This document shows, one piece after another, positions 1-11,834 of a stretch of DNA of 64,000 nt (position 1 is its first letter; each line of letters starts with the position of its first letter). The position numbers and the translations under genes are program-made. This stretch comes from Eledone cirrhosa. Taxonomy: Eukaryota. The stretch spans positions 95,170,001 to 95,234,000 of the forward strand of contig OZ024740.1 of the NCBI GenBank assembly GCA_964016885.1, in the 5' to 3' direction. The notes beneath the pieces were generated by a model. It saw only the letters and a program-made list of their open reading frames with translations. It made no database searches and was not told the origin of the DNA.

Positions 1-208
1 ATAAACATCAGTGTCTGCAGTTCTGTCCACATCCCGACACGTGAGCAAGAGTGAAGGGTTCATTCTATTGACATGGCTATAACATTGATGCTTGTTTGCA
101 TAATTGCAAACGAATTGAATGTTATTATTAATATTCGAAAAACACAGATTACACACACACAGACACACACATACACACACACACTCACATACACACACAT
201 ATATATAT

Positions 209-599
209 ATATATTAGTAAAATGGAAAACAAAATGCTGACAAATGTTTCCCAGTGAAAAATATTTTAATTATGAATAAGTATAAATTAGTAATAAGTAT
301 TGGTTAGTATTCAGTTTTAGTTTTAAGTTTTTACCGGTTGCGCATTTCTAATGCTTTTCAAAAATAATTTTGAGATAGAGCGGTCGTGATGTTTGCTCAA
401 ATCTGATTAGAGCAAACATCACGAGCGCTCCATCCCAAAATTATTTTTGAAAAGCATTAGAAATGTGCAACCGGTAATAACTTAAAACTAAAACTGAATA
501 CTAACCAATACTTATTACTAATTTATACTTATTCCTAATTAAAATATTTTTCACTGGGAAACATTTGTCAGCATTTTCTTTTCCTTTTTACTAATATAT
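209..599. mobile_element. Fold-back (palindromic) PLE pLTR fragment between (TA)n tracts
   Basis: Arms 209-398 and 410-599 are near-perfect reverse complements. Each carries a minimal HHR-like motif. Confidence 0.75.
441..480 (+). ncRNA. Minimal type I HHR-like motif with TTGAAAA core and GCAA in place of GAAA (mirror copy at 328-367, minus)
   Basis: ttattt-TTGAAAA-gcat tagaa atgy-GCAA-ccgg-TA-ataa, the same layout as the intact motif at 3303-3340. Confidence 0.55.
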
Positions 600-622
600 C
601 ACAACTCGTGTGTCACACTCTA

Positions 623-677
<55 letters not shown>

Positions 678-687
678 TATATTATAT

Positions 688-774
<87 letters not shown>

Positions 775-789
775 CATATTATATATATA

Positions 790-862
<73 letters not shown>

Positions 863-879
863 GTTTGTATATATATAAT

Positions 880-1793
880 AAAGCCAAAACAATGCAGGTA
901 TGGACATCGAATAAAGAATGCAAATGCAAAAGATATCGTTGACAATTAGTTTTTTACCTTAGATTTATTTAAATGTCCTTAATTTTCGAGATAATATCTC
1001 TTCTTCGGAGGGAAGTAAAGCGGTTAAACCAGTGTTCTAAATAGCTTGCCAAGTCATGCCGACAGGAAATGGTATAGAATATCTGTTCTATCTCTAATGT
1101 CAAAGAGTTATGGTTAAGGGGATAAAGAGTAGTCTCCCTTTAAAAGTTTTTTTTTGTACATGCCTGTTTAAGTGTGTGGGAGAATGGATGAAGGTGTAAG
1201 TATGTGAGTGTGTGTGTGAGAGTGAGAAGATATGTCTATACGTAAATGTGGGGGATAGATGTTATCTCGTGTTAGAACTGGTCTTTGTGTGTGTATGTGT
1301 ATGTGAGAGGGAAAAGTGTTGGTGTAAGCATGGGTGTGTCTGTGGATGTGCGTACGTGTGTGTGTGTGCGGGTGTGTGTGTGGGGTGTGTGTAAATATGG
1401 GGCTAGAAGAGCTATCAAGTTAAAATTGGGTGATGAGTTCTAGTCTATTATTGATTGGTGGTTGTGTTTTTGTCTATATTTAGTGCTTCCTTAATTCTAA
1501 GATTGCCGAGGTTTATTTCCTTAGTTTCTATTCTAACTCTTATGCTTTTGTCGGTGTTTTTTCTATTTAACTAGGTGTTTTTTTAAATGAGGAAGCGTTA
1601 ATATTATGGTGTTCTTTTATTCTTATGTGGAGTGGTCTGGTGGTGCTACCTACGGATAAGTTGCTGCATTTGTCACACTCTAGTCTGTATACGATGTAAG
1701 CCTTGTGGCATAGGTCTGTGTCGTTGATGGGGCAGTTGGCTAGCCTGCAGCAGTCGTCATGTCTGCTGGAGTGGCTTTTGGTTAGCTGTCCGC
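880..1793 (-). mobile_element. 5'-truncated Penelope/Poseidon-like PLE (GIY-YIG remnant plus pLTR)
   Basis: Reverse complement of 11020-11760. Encodes YIVYRLECDKCSNL.VGSTTRPLHIRIKEH. Degenerate HHR near 977-1015. Confidence 0.85.
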
Positions 1794-2665
1794 GTATAGC
1801 TCATTAAAAACCTTAAATTAAACAACATTCAACACTCACTAAAATGGGATATCGTGGCTAGGGCACTAACCGTTCAATGGACGAAGAAAATCTTGTGATC
1901 TCTGTATTACGGAAGCATATTACATACCTCTATCAAGACCTCTACCGATTAACGATAGAACGGAGGTAGCTATTAGCTGTCAACATCGAAGGGCTAATTC
2001 CTTCGCCAATAGAATTGTTGACCCAACTTAGTCATGTAGCCCCATTTCTACTTGTAGCTAATAAGTTAAATTGCTATGAACACCTCGATAATTATAAGTT
2101 ACCTCCACTACATTGTCTCTCAATGAAAAACAAATTAAAAATTAGCACTTAACTATAAACACCCACAATTTCTAAACTCTCGAGAAGTTACTTCCCCTGA
2201 AACCACCCTCTAATCAGGAAGGGTAAATATGCCCTTTGGCATCCATCTTGTTACCCATAGACAGATCTCACACAATGCAGCCTCGACAGTTGAATACTGC
2301 TTGATTATGGCTGAAAACTGATGCAACCAAGACACCATAGTAAAAACCAATATATGGAACATTATATTATAGTAACATTATCTCATTGTTTTAATCTATA
2401 TTCCTTTGTAGTTCCGATGAGACGCTCTATCTTTTAAATATGTTAATTATTTTCAACTGAACAAGATCAATTATGATATATAATCATCTGATCCAGAAAT
2501 ATCATATGGAGTAACGAAACAATTGTAAACTGAAATTATTATTATTAATATTATTATTATTATTCTCTACATTAATTACATCAAACTAAAATATGTTGAC
2601 AATCTGTTAATAATGTCTTCCTTGTAAAACATGTGTGGTCTTGTTGTGCTTAACTAAAGAATATA
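1794..2665 (+). mobile_element. 5'-truncated Nematis-like PLE (GIY-YIG C-terminus, 3' UTR and pLTR)
   Basis: Frameshifted LIKNLKLNNIQHSLKWDIVARA..GRRKSCDLCITE..INDRTEVAISCQHR aligns with the C-terminus of ORF 48295-49467. HHR at 2410-2531. Ends at a TA-rich tract. Confidence 0.8.
2410..2531 (+). ncRNA. Degenerate type I HHR with long stem II
   Basis: agtt-CCGATGA-gacgctc...gagtaac-GAAA-caattg-TA-aact. One core change (U4C); palindromic stem III. Confidence 0.6.
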
Positions 2666-2699
2666 TATATATGTATATATATTATATTATATGTATAAA

Positions 2700-3260
2700 A
2701 AGTATGTATACGTACATAAATATATGTATACAGACGTACCAGCAATATGTGTATATATACTATATATATATACATACATGCACACATATATTATACGTAC
2801 GGATTCACCGAACATTTATTATAATGCTCGGTGTGTTTGTAAACAACAACATCTAGTATTAAGCCGTAGTGTCTAGCAAACAATATTTGCTCGTTTGTTC
2901 ACACACTGACAAAGGAACGCTGTACTAGTTTCAAGCTTATTAGTTATCGTCAGCAACGTATAACTTCCTGCCTGATGATTGAACGTCTGAAAGTATATAC
3001 TTTCCTTATGCATATTAACGGCTGAGTAGCGCAAATTGCATATCGCGTGGAGTAATCGGCCGGGTGCACCGAAAACGATAAACGGAACAAATGAAACGAA
3101 ATTTCATTTCCCACACTTAATACGGCAGTTACTTAAATATAAGTATGTATACGTACATACATATATGCATAGAGACGTACAGTAGTATGTTATATATATA
3201 TATATACATACATGCATATATATATATATAGATATATATATACTATATATATATATATAT
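2700..3260. repeat. Unclassified ~440-bp dispersed repeat (1.2 tandem units; second copy at 10180-10615)
   Basis: 2700-3145 aligns directly with 10180-10612. The first ~100 bp recurs at 3141-3240. Confidence 0.8.
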
Positions 3261-3302
3261 ATATGCATGTGAGGAAAACCACAGACCCTCCATCTCAACT
3301 CA

Positions 3303-3340
3303 CCTTTTGAAAAGCAGAAGAACTGCGAAACCGGTAAAGG
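3303..3340 (+). ncRNA. Minimal type I hammerhead ribozyme, U3:A8 core
   Basis: cctt-TTGAAAA-gcag aagaa ctgc-GAAA-ccgg-TA-aagg. Perfect stems I and II, palindromic stem III (ACCGGT), GUA cleavage triplet. The downstream tail 3365-3460 recurs inverted at 45122-45225. Confidence 0.85.
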
Positions 3341-3513
3341 AAACCAAATAAATATATATATATTTTTTAAAAAATAAGACTTCAGTTGCATTTTCGATTT
3401 CATCCCTTTTTCTTTATACTTCCACTCGTGTAGGAACACCTCGGTTATTTTTCATTTTGTAAAAAAAACCCCAAAAAACCTCACTTTCTAAATATATAAT
3501 ATATATATATATA

Positions 3514-3583
<70 letters not shown>

Positions 3584-4304
3584 TGTATGTATATATATAT
3601 ATATATATATGTACATATGTTCCGTTATGAACATGAAATTGATCTCTTCCCCAGGAAAATGAGTGAAGGGACAGTCAGTCAGCAGATATAGTCTCTCACG
3701 TCGGGAATGTCGGCAGATTTTGGGACTCCGATTTACGCGTGTGGGATGGCGTACTTTGGTGTTGGCTGGCAGTGTTAGTGCGTCTAATACACAGTTAAAT
3801 GGTGTAAATATGCAGTCGCTACATGTGCATTACCTCTGACGTAGTGAGTAGCAGCATATTTTGGGGTTTCTAGTTTGTGTAGTGGGGGTGGTGCATTCAG
3901 CTCCATAGATTTTTTTAAATTCTTTTGACTACAGCATGACTGTGGGTGGTGATGTGGGGGAAGCAAGCAGTGTGTTTTTATTGATAGTAGTTGACATGGC
4001 GGAATACGATAATACGATAACGGCAGGTAGTGGTGACGACGATGATGATGGCAATTGTTGGTGGAGCCTGTGAGCAATTGTTGTGGCAGAAGATGACGGA
4101 CGGTGTTGATGATGATGGCGATAATGATGACTGAGAAAGTGGTTTAGGGATACTGTCATTCAGTACCTCAGCTATTATGCTTGAATTCAGTAGTGGTAAG
4201 GTGGTGGTGGCTCCTGATTTTCTTGCCGTCTTTTTGTTGTGGCTGTGCTGTTGTGTTTGGCCATTGGAGTAAATATGTCGAATTTTTTCAATATGGTTTT
4301 GAAT

Positions 4305-4504
4305 NNNNNNNNNNNNNNNNNNNNNNNNNNNNNNNNNNNNNNNNNNNNNNNNNNNNNNNNNNNNNNNNNNNNNNNNNNNNNNNNNNNNNNNNNNNNNNNN
4401 NNNNNNNNNNNNNNNNNNNNNNNNNNNNNNNNNNNNNNNNNNNNNNNNNNNNNNNNNNNNNNNNNNNNNNNNNNNNNNNNNNNNNNNNNNNNNNNNNNNN
4501 NNNN
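4305..4504. other. Assembly gap (~200 N)
   Basis: Run of N. Confidence 0.99.
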
Positions 4505-7340
4505 GAGAGAGAGAGAAAAGGGATAGAGGAAGGGAGAGAAAGAGATAGTGTGGTGTGAGAGGATTTGTATAGGGAGGGGGAGGAGGGATGTGTGCTAAAA
4601 GTTGTGATGAGTAGAGGGAGAGAGAAGGAAGATAGAATTTTAAGAGGCATTTGGAAGTGGACAGGCGAAAGTCTTACCAGAGAACAGATGAAGGAAGAAA
4701 GTATTATATTTCATATATAGTCTATTTTTAGGGGTGTAGAATTGTTATTTAGGGTAGAAAGATAGGTAGTGTTAGGATTTGGTTGAAGGTTTGAAGTGTG
4801 AGAATTTCGCTTTCAGTTTATGCTGGGAAAAAATTGACCTTTAATTTTGTTGTTGAGTAGTTGGTGGCTTGAGCTTAGAATATGGAAGAGCTCATTATTA
4901 CACAACGGGCTCGTTTTCATCCCACTCCGGTATGGAGGAGCATGTGAGAGTTTGGTCCATTTAAGGGTGTATTGTCGGTTACTCCCTTTTAAGTGCCACA
5001 TTTTGTCGGCGAGAGTCGTTACGTAACGGTGTTGGTGGTGCTTTATTGCGTAACGATGCGTGTACCAACGAGTTTTGAAGGTGTTTGCAGTGCTGCCTAT
5101 GTAGTACCAGGTTTGGTTGCCCGACTCAACCGAGCACCTGTATACTAGGTTTGAATGCAAACATTCGTTATTCAATGGACAAATCTCTGGAAGGTGGCAA
5201 TTACAATTTCTGTTATGGGCAGTGGTGGAGTTATAGGTGTGCTGGGATGTGTGTGTGAGTGTGTTTTGTGCATACTGATTGTTAGTGGGTGGTTGTGTAT
5301 TAGGTGTATTATTGTGTTGAGCGATTGGGGTGTTGTTGTTACGGAGTTTTTTGGAGTTGAGCATCTTAATGTGTGCGTCTAGGTTTGGTGCAGTGGAATA
5401 AGATAGTCTAATTGTTTTGGTATTAAGTATACTACTATATTTATGTGAATTTGGAAAGTGTTTTTTTTATAATTTTGTAGAATGTGGAAGGTAAGTTAGA
5501 GCTAATAGAAGAGTTAAAAATAAGATTATACCAAATGTAAGATCAACTCCGTGTTCTGTTTTGCTTTGATGTTGCTGTTGTATTTGTGGTGTGGTTAGTA
5601 TTAGGGGGTCTAGGTGCGTGTGTGCGGGTGTTTGTGCGGCGTTTGGCGTGTCTGTGGTTATGTGTTTTATGGTTGTGTGGGTCCATGTATTCTAGTGTGT
5701 CGGTGTGGCCAGCCCGTTCTAATGCAGTGTTGTAGTATTCAGCGTGTTGATCGAATATTTGTTGGTTAGATGAGAGGCGGGATATTCTAAGTGATATACT
5801 ATGTGGAACGGACCTTATAATAGATAGTGGGTGGTTAGAGCTAGTGTGGATGTAGGTGAGGTTCTCATTGTTTGTGTGAAAGGGTGTGATAATTTGGGTG
5901 TTCAGGTTGAAGGTGGCATCTAGGAAGTTAACTACTTTGGTACTATATTCGTAGGTGATTTTAAGGCCAAGGCTATCTAGGGTTCTTCTAATGCTCTTAC
6001 GGGTTCGTTCTATGTTTTGTTTATTCATGTTTTTAACTAATAGGATAGCGTCATCTCTATATATTCCGCCTTGAAGGTAACTAACTTTATTATGTAAGGT
6101 GTGGGCTATGTATGTATCAACAATATCCGTAACTTGTGCTGAGTCATTAGCACCCATAGTTATGTCAAATTTATCTATTCTATCCTTACGTATCCAAAAG
6201 TTATTTTCAAATTTAATTATCGTCTTTCTAGCTGCTAGGATAATGCTTATTTCGTCGTCGGTTAAGTCAGTGTTGGCTTTCGCAAATTCTAGTGCCTTGT
6301 TTAGAGTATCGGGTGATATGGAGGAGTAATAGTCATTAATGTCGAATTGTATAAAGTTAGAGGTATTTTTGTTATCTATACTATTAAACCATTTAATTGT
6401 GTTGCTAGTATTGTCCCAAAGTTTAATAACTAGTTTATTCCTTAATTGTATTATTATTCTATCTAAAATATGCTTGCTAATTTTACCTATGTCTGACTTA
6501 GATGGGCATATTAATCTAATAGTGGGTTTATCTAGGAAATCTAATGTGTGGTCCTTAAGATTAAAGGTGGGGGTGCAAGTTGTCATGGGCTCAGTTCTAT
6601 CTTCAAGTTCTAGACTTTTGACAATATGGTGTGCTTGTTTGTTGATGTTAAGTAGTGCTTTGTTATTGGTTTTCTTATATGTTTTATGTAATTCCTTTCG
6701 TATAAGGTCGTGGTAAGTATTAATGTCCATTGTGTACACGTTAGATGTTTTATCCGCTTTGACAATAATCCCGTTAGTGGTGCGCAGCTTGTTTAGAAAG
6801 GTATCCATGTCTTTATGAAGCTTGTTGGTTTTGAACTTCTTATATTTAGTATTCATGACCATTTTAAGTAAGTCCTGTTCGAAGGCGTCCAGTAGAGGGT
6901 TAGTGGGTGGGTTTTTACAGGAGTTGAACCCATATGTATTCTTTCCAGAGTTCGCGGTATAATCCTTACGTCCTTTGTCAAAGTGGAATGTTTTCCATCT
7001 GACGCGGCGTATGAAATTATTGGTGCGCTGGATCATTCCAAGAGTGTAATCCTTCCTTTTGGGTAAAGGTATATTCTTTAGGGACATACCGATGTAATGT
7101 TTTTCCATGTCCAAGGCGTAAGTTGAAGTGGTGGCTCAACCAGATAGGAGCATAAATTCAGTTATTAGGAGTATTCCAAAGCTTGGTAGAACAAGTTGTG
7201 AGGAAAGTTCTCAACATACGTTAAGGTGACTCGACAGGTTGGTAGGGATTCTGGAAACACGAACAAACGAGGAGTGTAATCAAAGAAGAGAAATAGGACG
7301 AAGGTAAACAATCACAAAATAATTTAATCCACGTATTTAC
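4505..7340 (-). mobile_element. Near full-length Nematis-like PLE (3' end runs into the gap)
   Basis: RT and GIY-YIG coding region. The 5' end begins at an HHR 3' half (GAAACAATTGTA, 7328-7339). Confidence 0.92.
4813..7114 (-). pseudogene. PLE RT-GIY-YIG polyprotein, disrupted
   Basis: Motifs SLKNIP, KADK, IRLICP, FDINDYYSSI, MGANDSAQVTD, IYRDD, FLDATF, SNHP, then CNC-x5-CPL and LVYRC..YYIGST..FKTRWYTH. In-frame TGA at 5543 and a frameshift in the A-run near 5465. Confidence 0.92.
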
Positions 7341-7359
7341 AATTGTTTCATATATATAT

Positions 7360-9395
7360 ATATTTAATGATATTAAATAAATTGAAACTATATTTATAAA
7401 ACGATATTTATTCTATTCTATATATTTCAAGGGTATCAAAACTTTGTAACGCTTTCATCAGATAAAATACAAAGTGTGTTTTATAAATGTTGACATAACC
7501 AAGGAAAATGCCTTAATGGTTCAAGTTTTCCTTGGATAGTGAAGGGATAAGAGAAGACAAGTCAGATATTTCAAATTGTTAAGACGAGTATGCAAATGAG
7601 GTTGAAGTAAATGGCTGAAAAAAACGTTATTTTAGACGCTGTGGAGAATTTAAATAATTATGATATGTGTTTGTATGCTTAGGAAAGAAAATGGTAGAAG
7701 AGCATGTATTTACGTTAATTTGGGGGGAAAAGTGGAATATGATTCCAGAGTTTAAATTTAAATTTAATTACCTATACATGAGGTTATATTGTATATATAA
7801 TCAATTAGATTATATGAAGAATTATGGTTGTAAGAATTTTTATCTTATTACATTACAATAGGTTATAAGTATATAAATATCTATATAGATTAATAATTGC
7901 GTATATATTAGTATTATAGAAAGAGAAATAATTTACAATTATTAGTTGTTTATATTTCTAATGTGAGTTACGAAGGTGTTGATTTTGTATTTTACATAAA
8001 CAAATAGGTGGTTCAAGTTGTGAGAGGAGAGCAATTTGTAGATTCGAATATTTTGTTCAATATTGAAAATGTTTTCAGAATATTGTTAATTTGGCGAAAG
8101 TATATAGATTATCATACAAAATATGTTTATGTTTGCACGATTGAGAAAGAAAAGGTAACTTTAATTTTGTTTGTTAACCGTTAAATTTGATGAGTGATTT
8201 ACGCAAATGTATATATAGAGAAAATTAAATATTATTTTGTGCGAGATTAAATATTTTAGTCGAAAGATGTGTGAATGTTTAAATATAAAAAAGAGAGGAA
8301 AAACGTAAAATGATATTCAAAGAACTATCGGAAAGATTATCAATCTACATCTAAAAAAAATATATTTGGAGACGTGTCATTAGAAAAATAATGTCAGAAT
8401 TAAAAATATTAAATATACATATTAAAACATATTAATGTGGAAAGGTTAAAATATTAGAAATATTAAAGATATTAAAACAAAATTAGAAATATTAAATATA
8501 TTAAAAATATTAAAAATATTAAAAAATTAAGAAATTAATACTTAAATTGTTGAAGAAGATAGGATAATTTTGAAGGCGTATAGGAATATTTTAAAATAAA
8601 AATAGTTCTGAACATGAAATGTTGGCGATGTCTATAAGAAGAAAATCATTCTGTTCTAAGATCAATAGACATTTGACAGTTAATTATATAAAAAAATGTC
8701 TTCGATACACAAGTTACAGAATCTTGATAAAGTATTTCGATATGCACGTGCTTCTAAATGGTTCTCCAAGATATTGAATAGTCTATATTGTTGTCTTTTA
8801 AGTACCAAATTAGAGGTGAAAGTGAAGTAGAAGAATTTTTATCAGATCTCGTAAATTTGTGTCTATGGTTATTCCAGCGTTCTTTAAATTTTGTTGAAGT
8901 GGCACCAATATTGTTTAATATGTTGTCTATTGTTTTAACTATACATTTATAAACTACGTTTGTGTGTAAACAATTATTTTGTAAAGGGCAGTTTGATTTG
9001 ATTCTACAGTTACATTTTCTTGAGTTGTTGTTCGGAACGGTACTATTATTCTGAATAGTTTTGTTAGAAATATTATGATTGCTATTTTGGTAGTTTGGTT
9101 AGGGTTTAAATTTAAGTTTCTATTATTAATTCTATTTATATGTTGTGCTATGTTCATAGTAGTATAGTAGGATAGTTGTATAGTGTGACTGTTAAAAATA
9201 GAGTTTTATCTGTGGGCTTTAGGAAAACATTTACCTAATGGTTTAAAGAATAGCTTTGCGACATGATTTTTTAACGCTTAATGAGAATGGGGGAGAGTAC
9301 CAAATAATATTTCTACTGCTAGTTTGTTTGTTTGGATTAGTGTTTAAGATTAGGGTTTGAGTTAAATTGGTTATTATTATCATAATGAATAATAG
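7360..9395 (-). mobile_element. 5'-truncated Nematis-like PLE (linker, GIY-YIG, long 3' UTR and pLTR)
   Basis: Decayed RNIIWYSPPF..KCFP..IQLSY, NVVYKC..IGATSTKFKERWNNH..LIWYLKDNNIDYSISW. The 3' region matches 21688-22355. Confidence 0.85.
7410..7470 (-). ncRNA. Type I HHR (related copies at 12763-12822 -, 12977-13040 +, 17800-17861 -, ~21730-21790 -)
   Basis: tttat-CTGATGA-aagcgttac..gatacccttt-like stem II-GAAA-tata-TA. The 17800 copy has stem I ttttat/ataaaa and stem III TATGCATA. Confidence 0.7.
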
Positions 9396-9396
9396 G

Positions 9397-10160
9397 ATGA
9401 TAAGAAATGTATAATCTGTAAACTAAGCCCCCATGTTAACTGTAAAACTAGAAATGTAGTATATAGCATAAGATGTACTGAAGGACAATGTAGAGATAAG
9501 AATATAGTATACATAGGTGAGACAGCTCGTAGTATAGGGGAACGAATAAATGAACACTGGCGTGAGCTTCATGGTTTTAGGGAAGCATCTGTACTCACCC
9601 AACATGCTAAAATACAACATAAGGATAAATTAGAAAACATAGAAATAAAAATATAATCTACGCACAGAAAAGACGCGAAGTTTAGACAATTCACAGAGGC
9701 AATAAACATAAATGAACTCCAACCAAAATTAAATAGAAAACATGAATGGAACAGCAACATCCCAAATTACAATTAAGAACAAAAGGAAAACACACACACA
9801 CATAGAACAAACAACCAAACCAATAACATGTAAATAAACAAATAAATAAACAAATATAAACACACACATACACCATGATGTAACACATGCGCAAACTAAG
9901 CACACCACATACAGAACAACAAGATGACGTAGGACAGAACAGAGGAGAGGCACAAACACATAGAAAATAATCCCCAGTCACTGAAGAGGTCATATAATGT
10001 GTGACGAAATAACGTTGACAATACGTGAACAATCGTCTGGTTGTGGAACCAATCAACAAACCGGAAATATATATATTCCTAAATTTATAAATTTAATTCA
10101 TAATAAATTGAAGTGAAAGCAACTTATTGGCAACATGACCCTCCCATAGTATAACAATAT
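9397..10160 (+). mobile_element. 5'-truncated PLE with Cys-rich linker and GIY-YIG, plus pLTR
   Basis: KCIICKLSPHVNCKTRNVVYSIRC..YIGETARSIGERINEHW, homologous to 18790-19150. HHR-like gtca-CTGAAGA..GAAA..tgac at 9977-10019. Ends at (TA)n. Confidence 0.88.
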
Positions 10161-10179
10161 ATATATATATATATATATT

Positions 10180-10615
10180 TGAAAGTATGTACACGTACAT
10201 ACATATATGTATACAGACGTACAGTATTATGCATACATATATATATACATGCACATTTATATATATATATATATACGTATGGATTCACCGAACATTTATT
10301 ATAATGCTCGGTGTGTTTGTAAACAAACATCCCGTATTAAGCCGTAGTGTCCCGCAACCATCGTTGCTCGTTTGTTCAACACTGACAAAGGAACGCTGTA
10401 CTAGTTTCAAGCTTATTAGCTATCGTCAGAAACGTATACCTTCCTGCCAGATGGTTGAACTTATATACTTACCTTATGGATATTAATCGCTGAGTAGCCC
10501 AATGTGCATATCGAGTGGGTTAATCGGCCGGGTGCATCGAAAACGATAATCGGACAAAATGAAACGAAATTTCATTTCCCACTCTTAGTACGGCTGTTAC
10601 TTAAATATAATTATG
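10180..10615. repeat. Second copy of the unclassified ~440-bp repeat
   Basis: Aligns with 2700-3145. Confidence 0.8.
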
Positions 10616-11758
10616 TACCCATGACCGCAGATCCCTATCCTTACTGGACTTCCAAGTCCGGGTAACAGAGGAAGGCAACATCCACACCTGCGTCTATAAA
10701 AAAGCCGCCATCAGGGACCTGTTCGTACATTTTATATCGGCCCCCCTAAGTTCGGATACATAATGAACGAACTACACGTATCCGGAACAAATGCACCGAC
10801 GCTAGAGACCGAAACACACACACCACACATTTCCTGGAAGTACTCAAACTGAACGGATACACGACATCCACCAGAAAGAACAGAGGACACCACACCAGAG
10901 GCACTAACACTTGCTTCCTGAAGCTCCAAAACTTCAGTGACGAAACAACAAAAGCCATCCGCAGAGCTATCAGACGAGAGGGACTAGATATCTAACTGGC
11001 CCACTCAGGTCCTTCTCTAAGCGGACAGCTAGCCAAAAGACACTCCACCAGACATGACAACTGCTGCAGGCTAGCCAACTGCCCCATCAACCACACAGAC
11101 CTATGCCACCAGGCATACGTCGTATACAGTCTAGAGTGTGACAAACGCAGCAACTTCTACGTAGGTAGCACCACCAGACCACTCCACATAAGAATAAAAG
11201 AACACCTTAATACTAACGATTCTTCATTTAAGAAACACCTAGTTAAATAGAAAAACACCGACAAAACCATAATAGTTAGGATAGAAACTAAGGAAAGAAA
11301 CTTCGGCAATCTTAGAATTAAGGAAGCACTAATTATAGACAAAACACAACAACCAATCAATAATAGACTAGAACTCAACACCCAATGTATTACTTGATAG
11401 AGTTTCTAGCCCCATATTTACACACACGCACCCACATACACACTCGCACACACACACGCACACGCACGAACGCGCACACACACACACACACGCACACTCA
11501 AATACTTACAATTTCTCCCACACACATAGACAGGCATGTGCAAAAAAAAACCTTGTAAAGGGAGACTACTCTTTATCCACCTAACCTTAAACCTTAACTC
11601 TTTGACATTACAGATAGAACAGATACGTTATACCATTTCCTGTCAGCATGACTTGGCAAGCTATTTAGAACACTGGTTTAACCACTTTACTTCCCTCCGG
11701 AGAAGAGATATTATCTCGAAAATTAAGGACATTTAAATAAATCTAAGGTAAAAGACTA

Positions 11759-11760
<2 letters not shown>
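10616..11760 (+). mobile_element. 5'-truncated Penelope/Poseidon-like PLE (RT thumb, GIY-YIG, pLTR)
   Basis: SLSLLDFQVRV..VYKKAA..LFVHF, LKLNGY, YVVYSLECDK..FYVGSTTRPLHIRIKEH, RIKEALII. Degenerate HHR at 11692-11730. Ends at (TA)n. Confidence 0.88.

Positions 11761-11830
<70 letters not shown>

Positions 11831-11834
<4 letters not shown>

Noticed and set aside
608-949. YI/IY-rich, HT/CV-rich and poly-L ORFs throughout the ORF track
   Set aside because: These are translations of (TA)n, (CA)n and (CTT)n microsatellites.
4181-4650. ORFs spanning the N run
   Set aside because: Artefacts of the assembly gap.
5543-5545. In-frame TGA as selenocysteine or programmed readthrough
   Set aside because: It aligns to Arg in RSRNVTWFN of the related ORF (CGA to TGA decay), and a frameshift follows within 80 nt.
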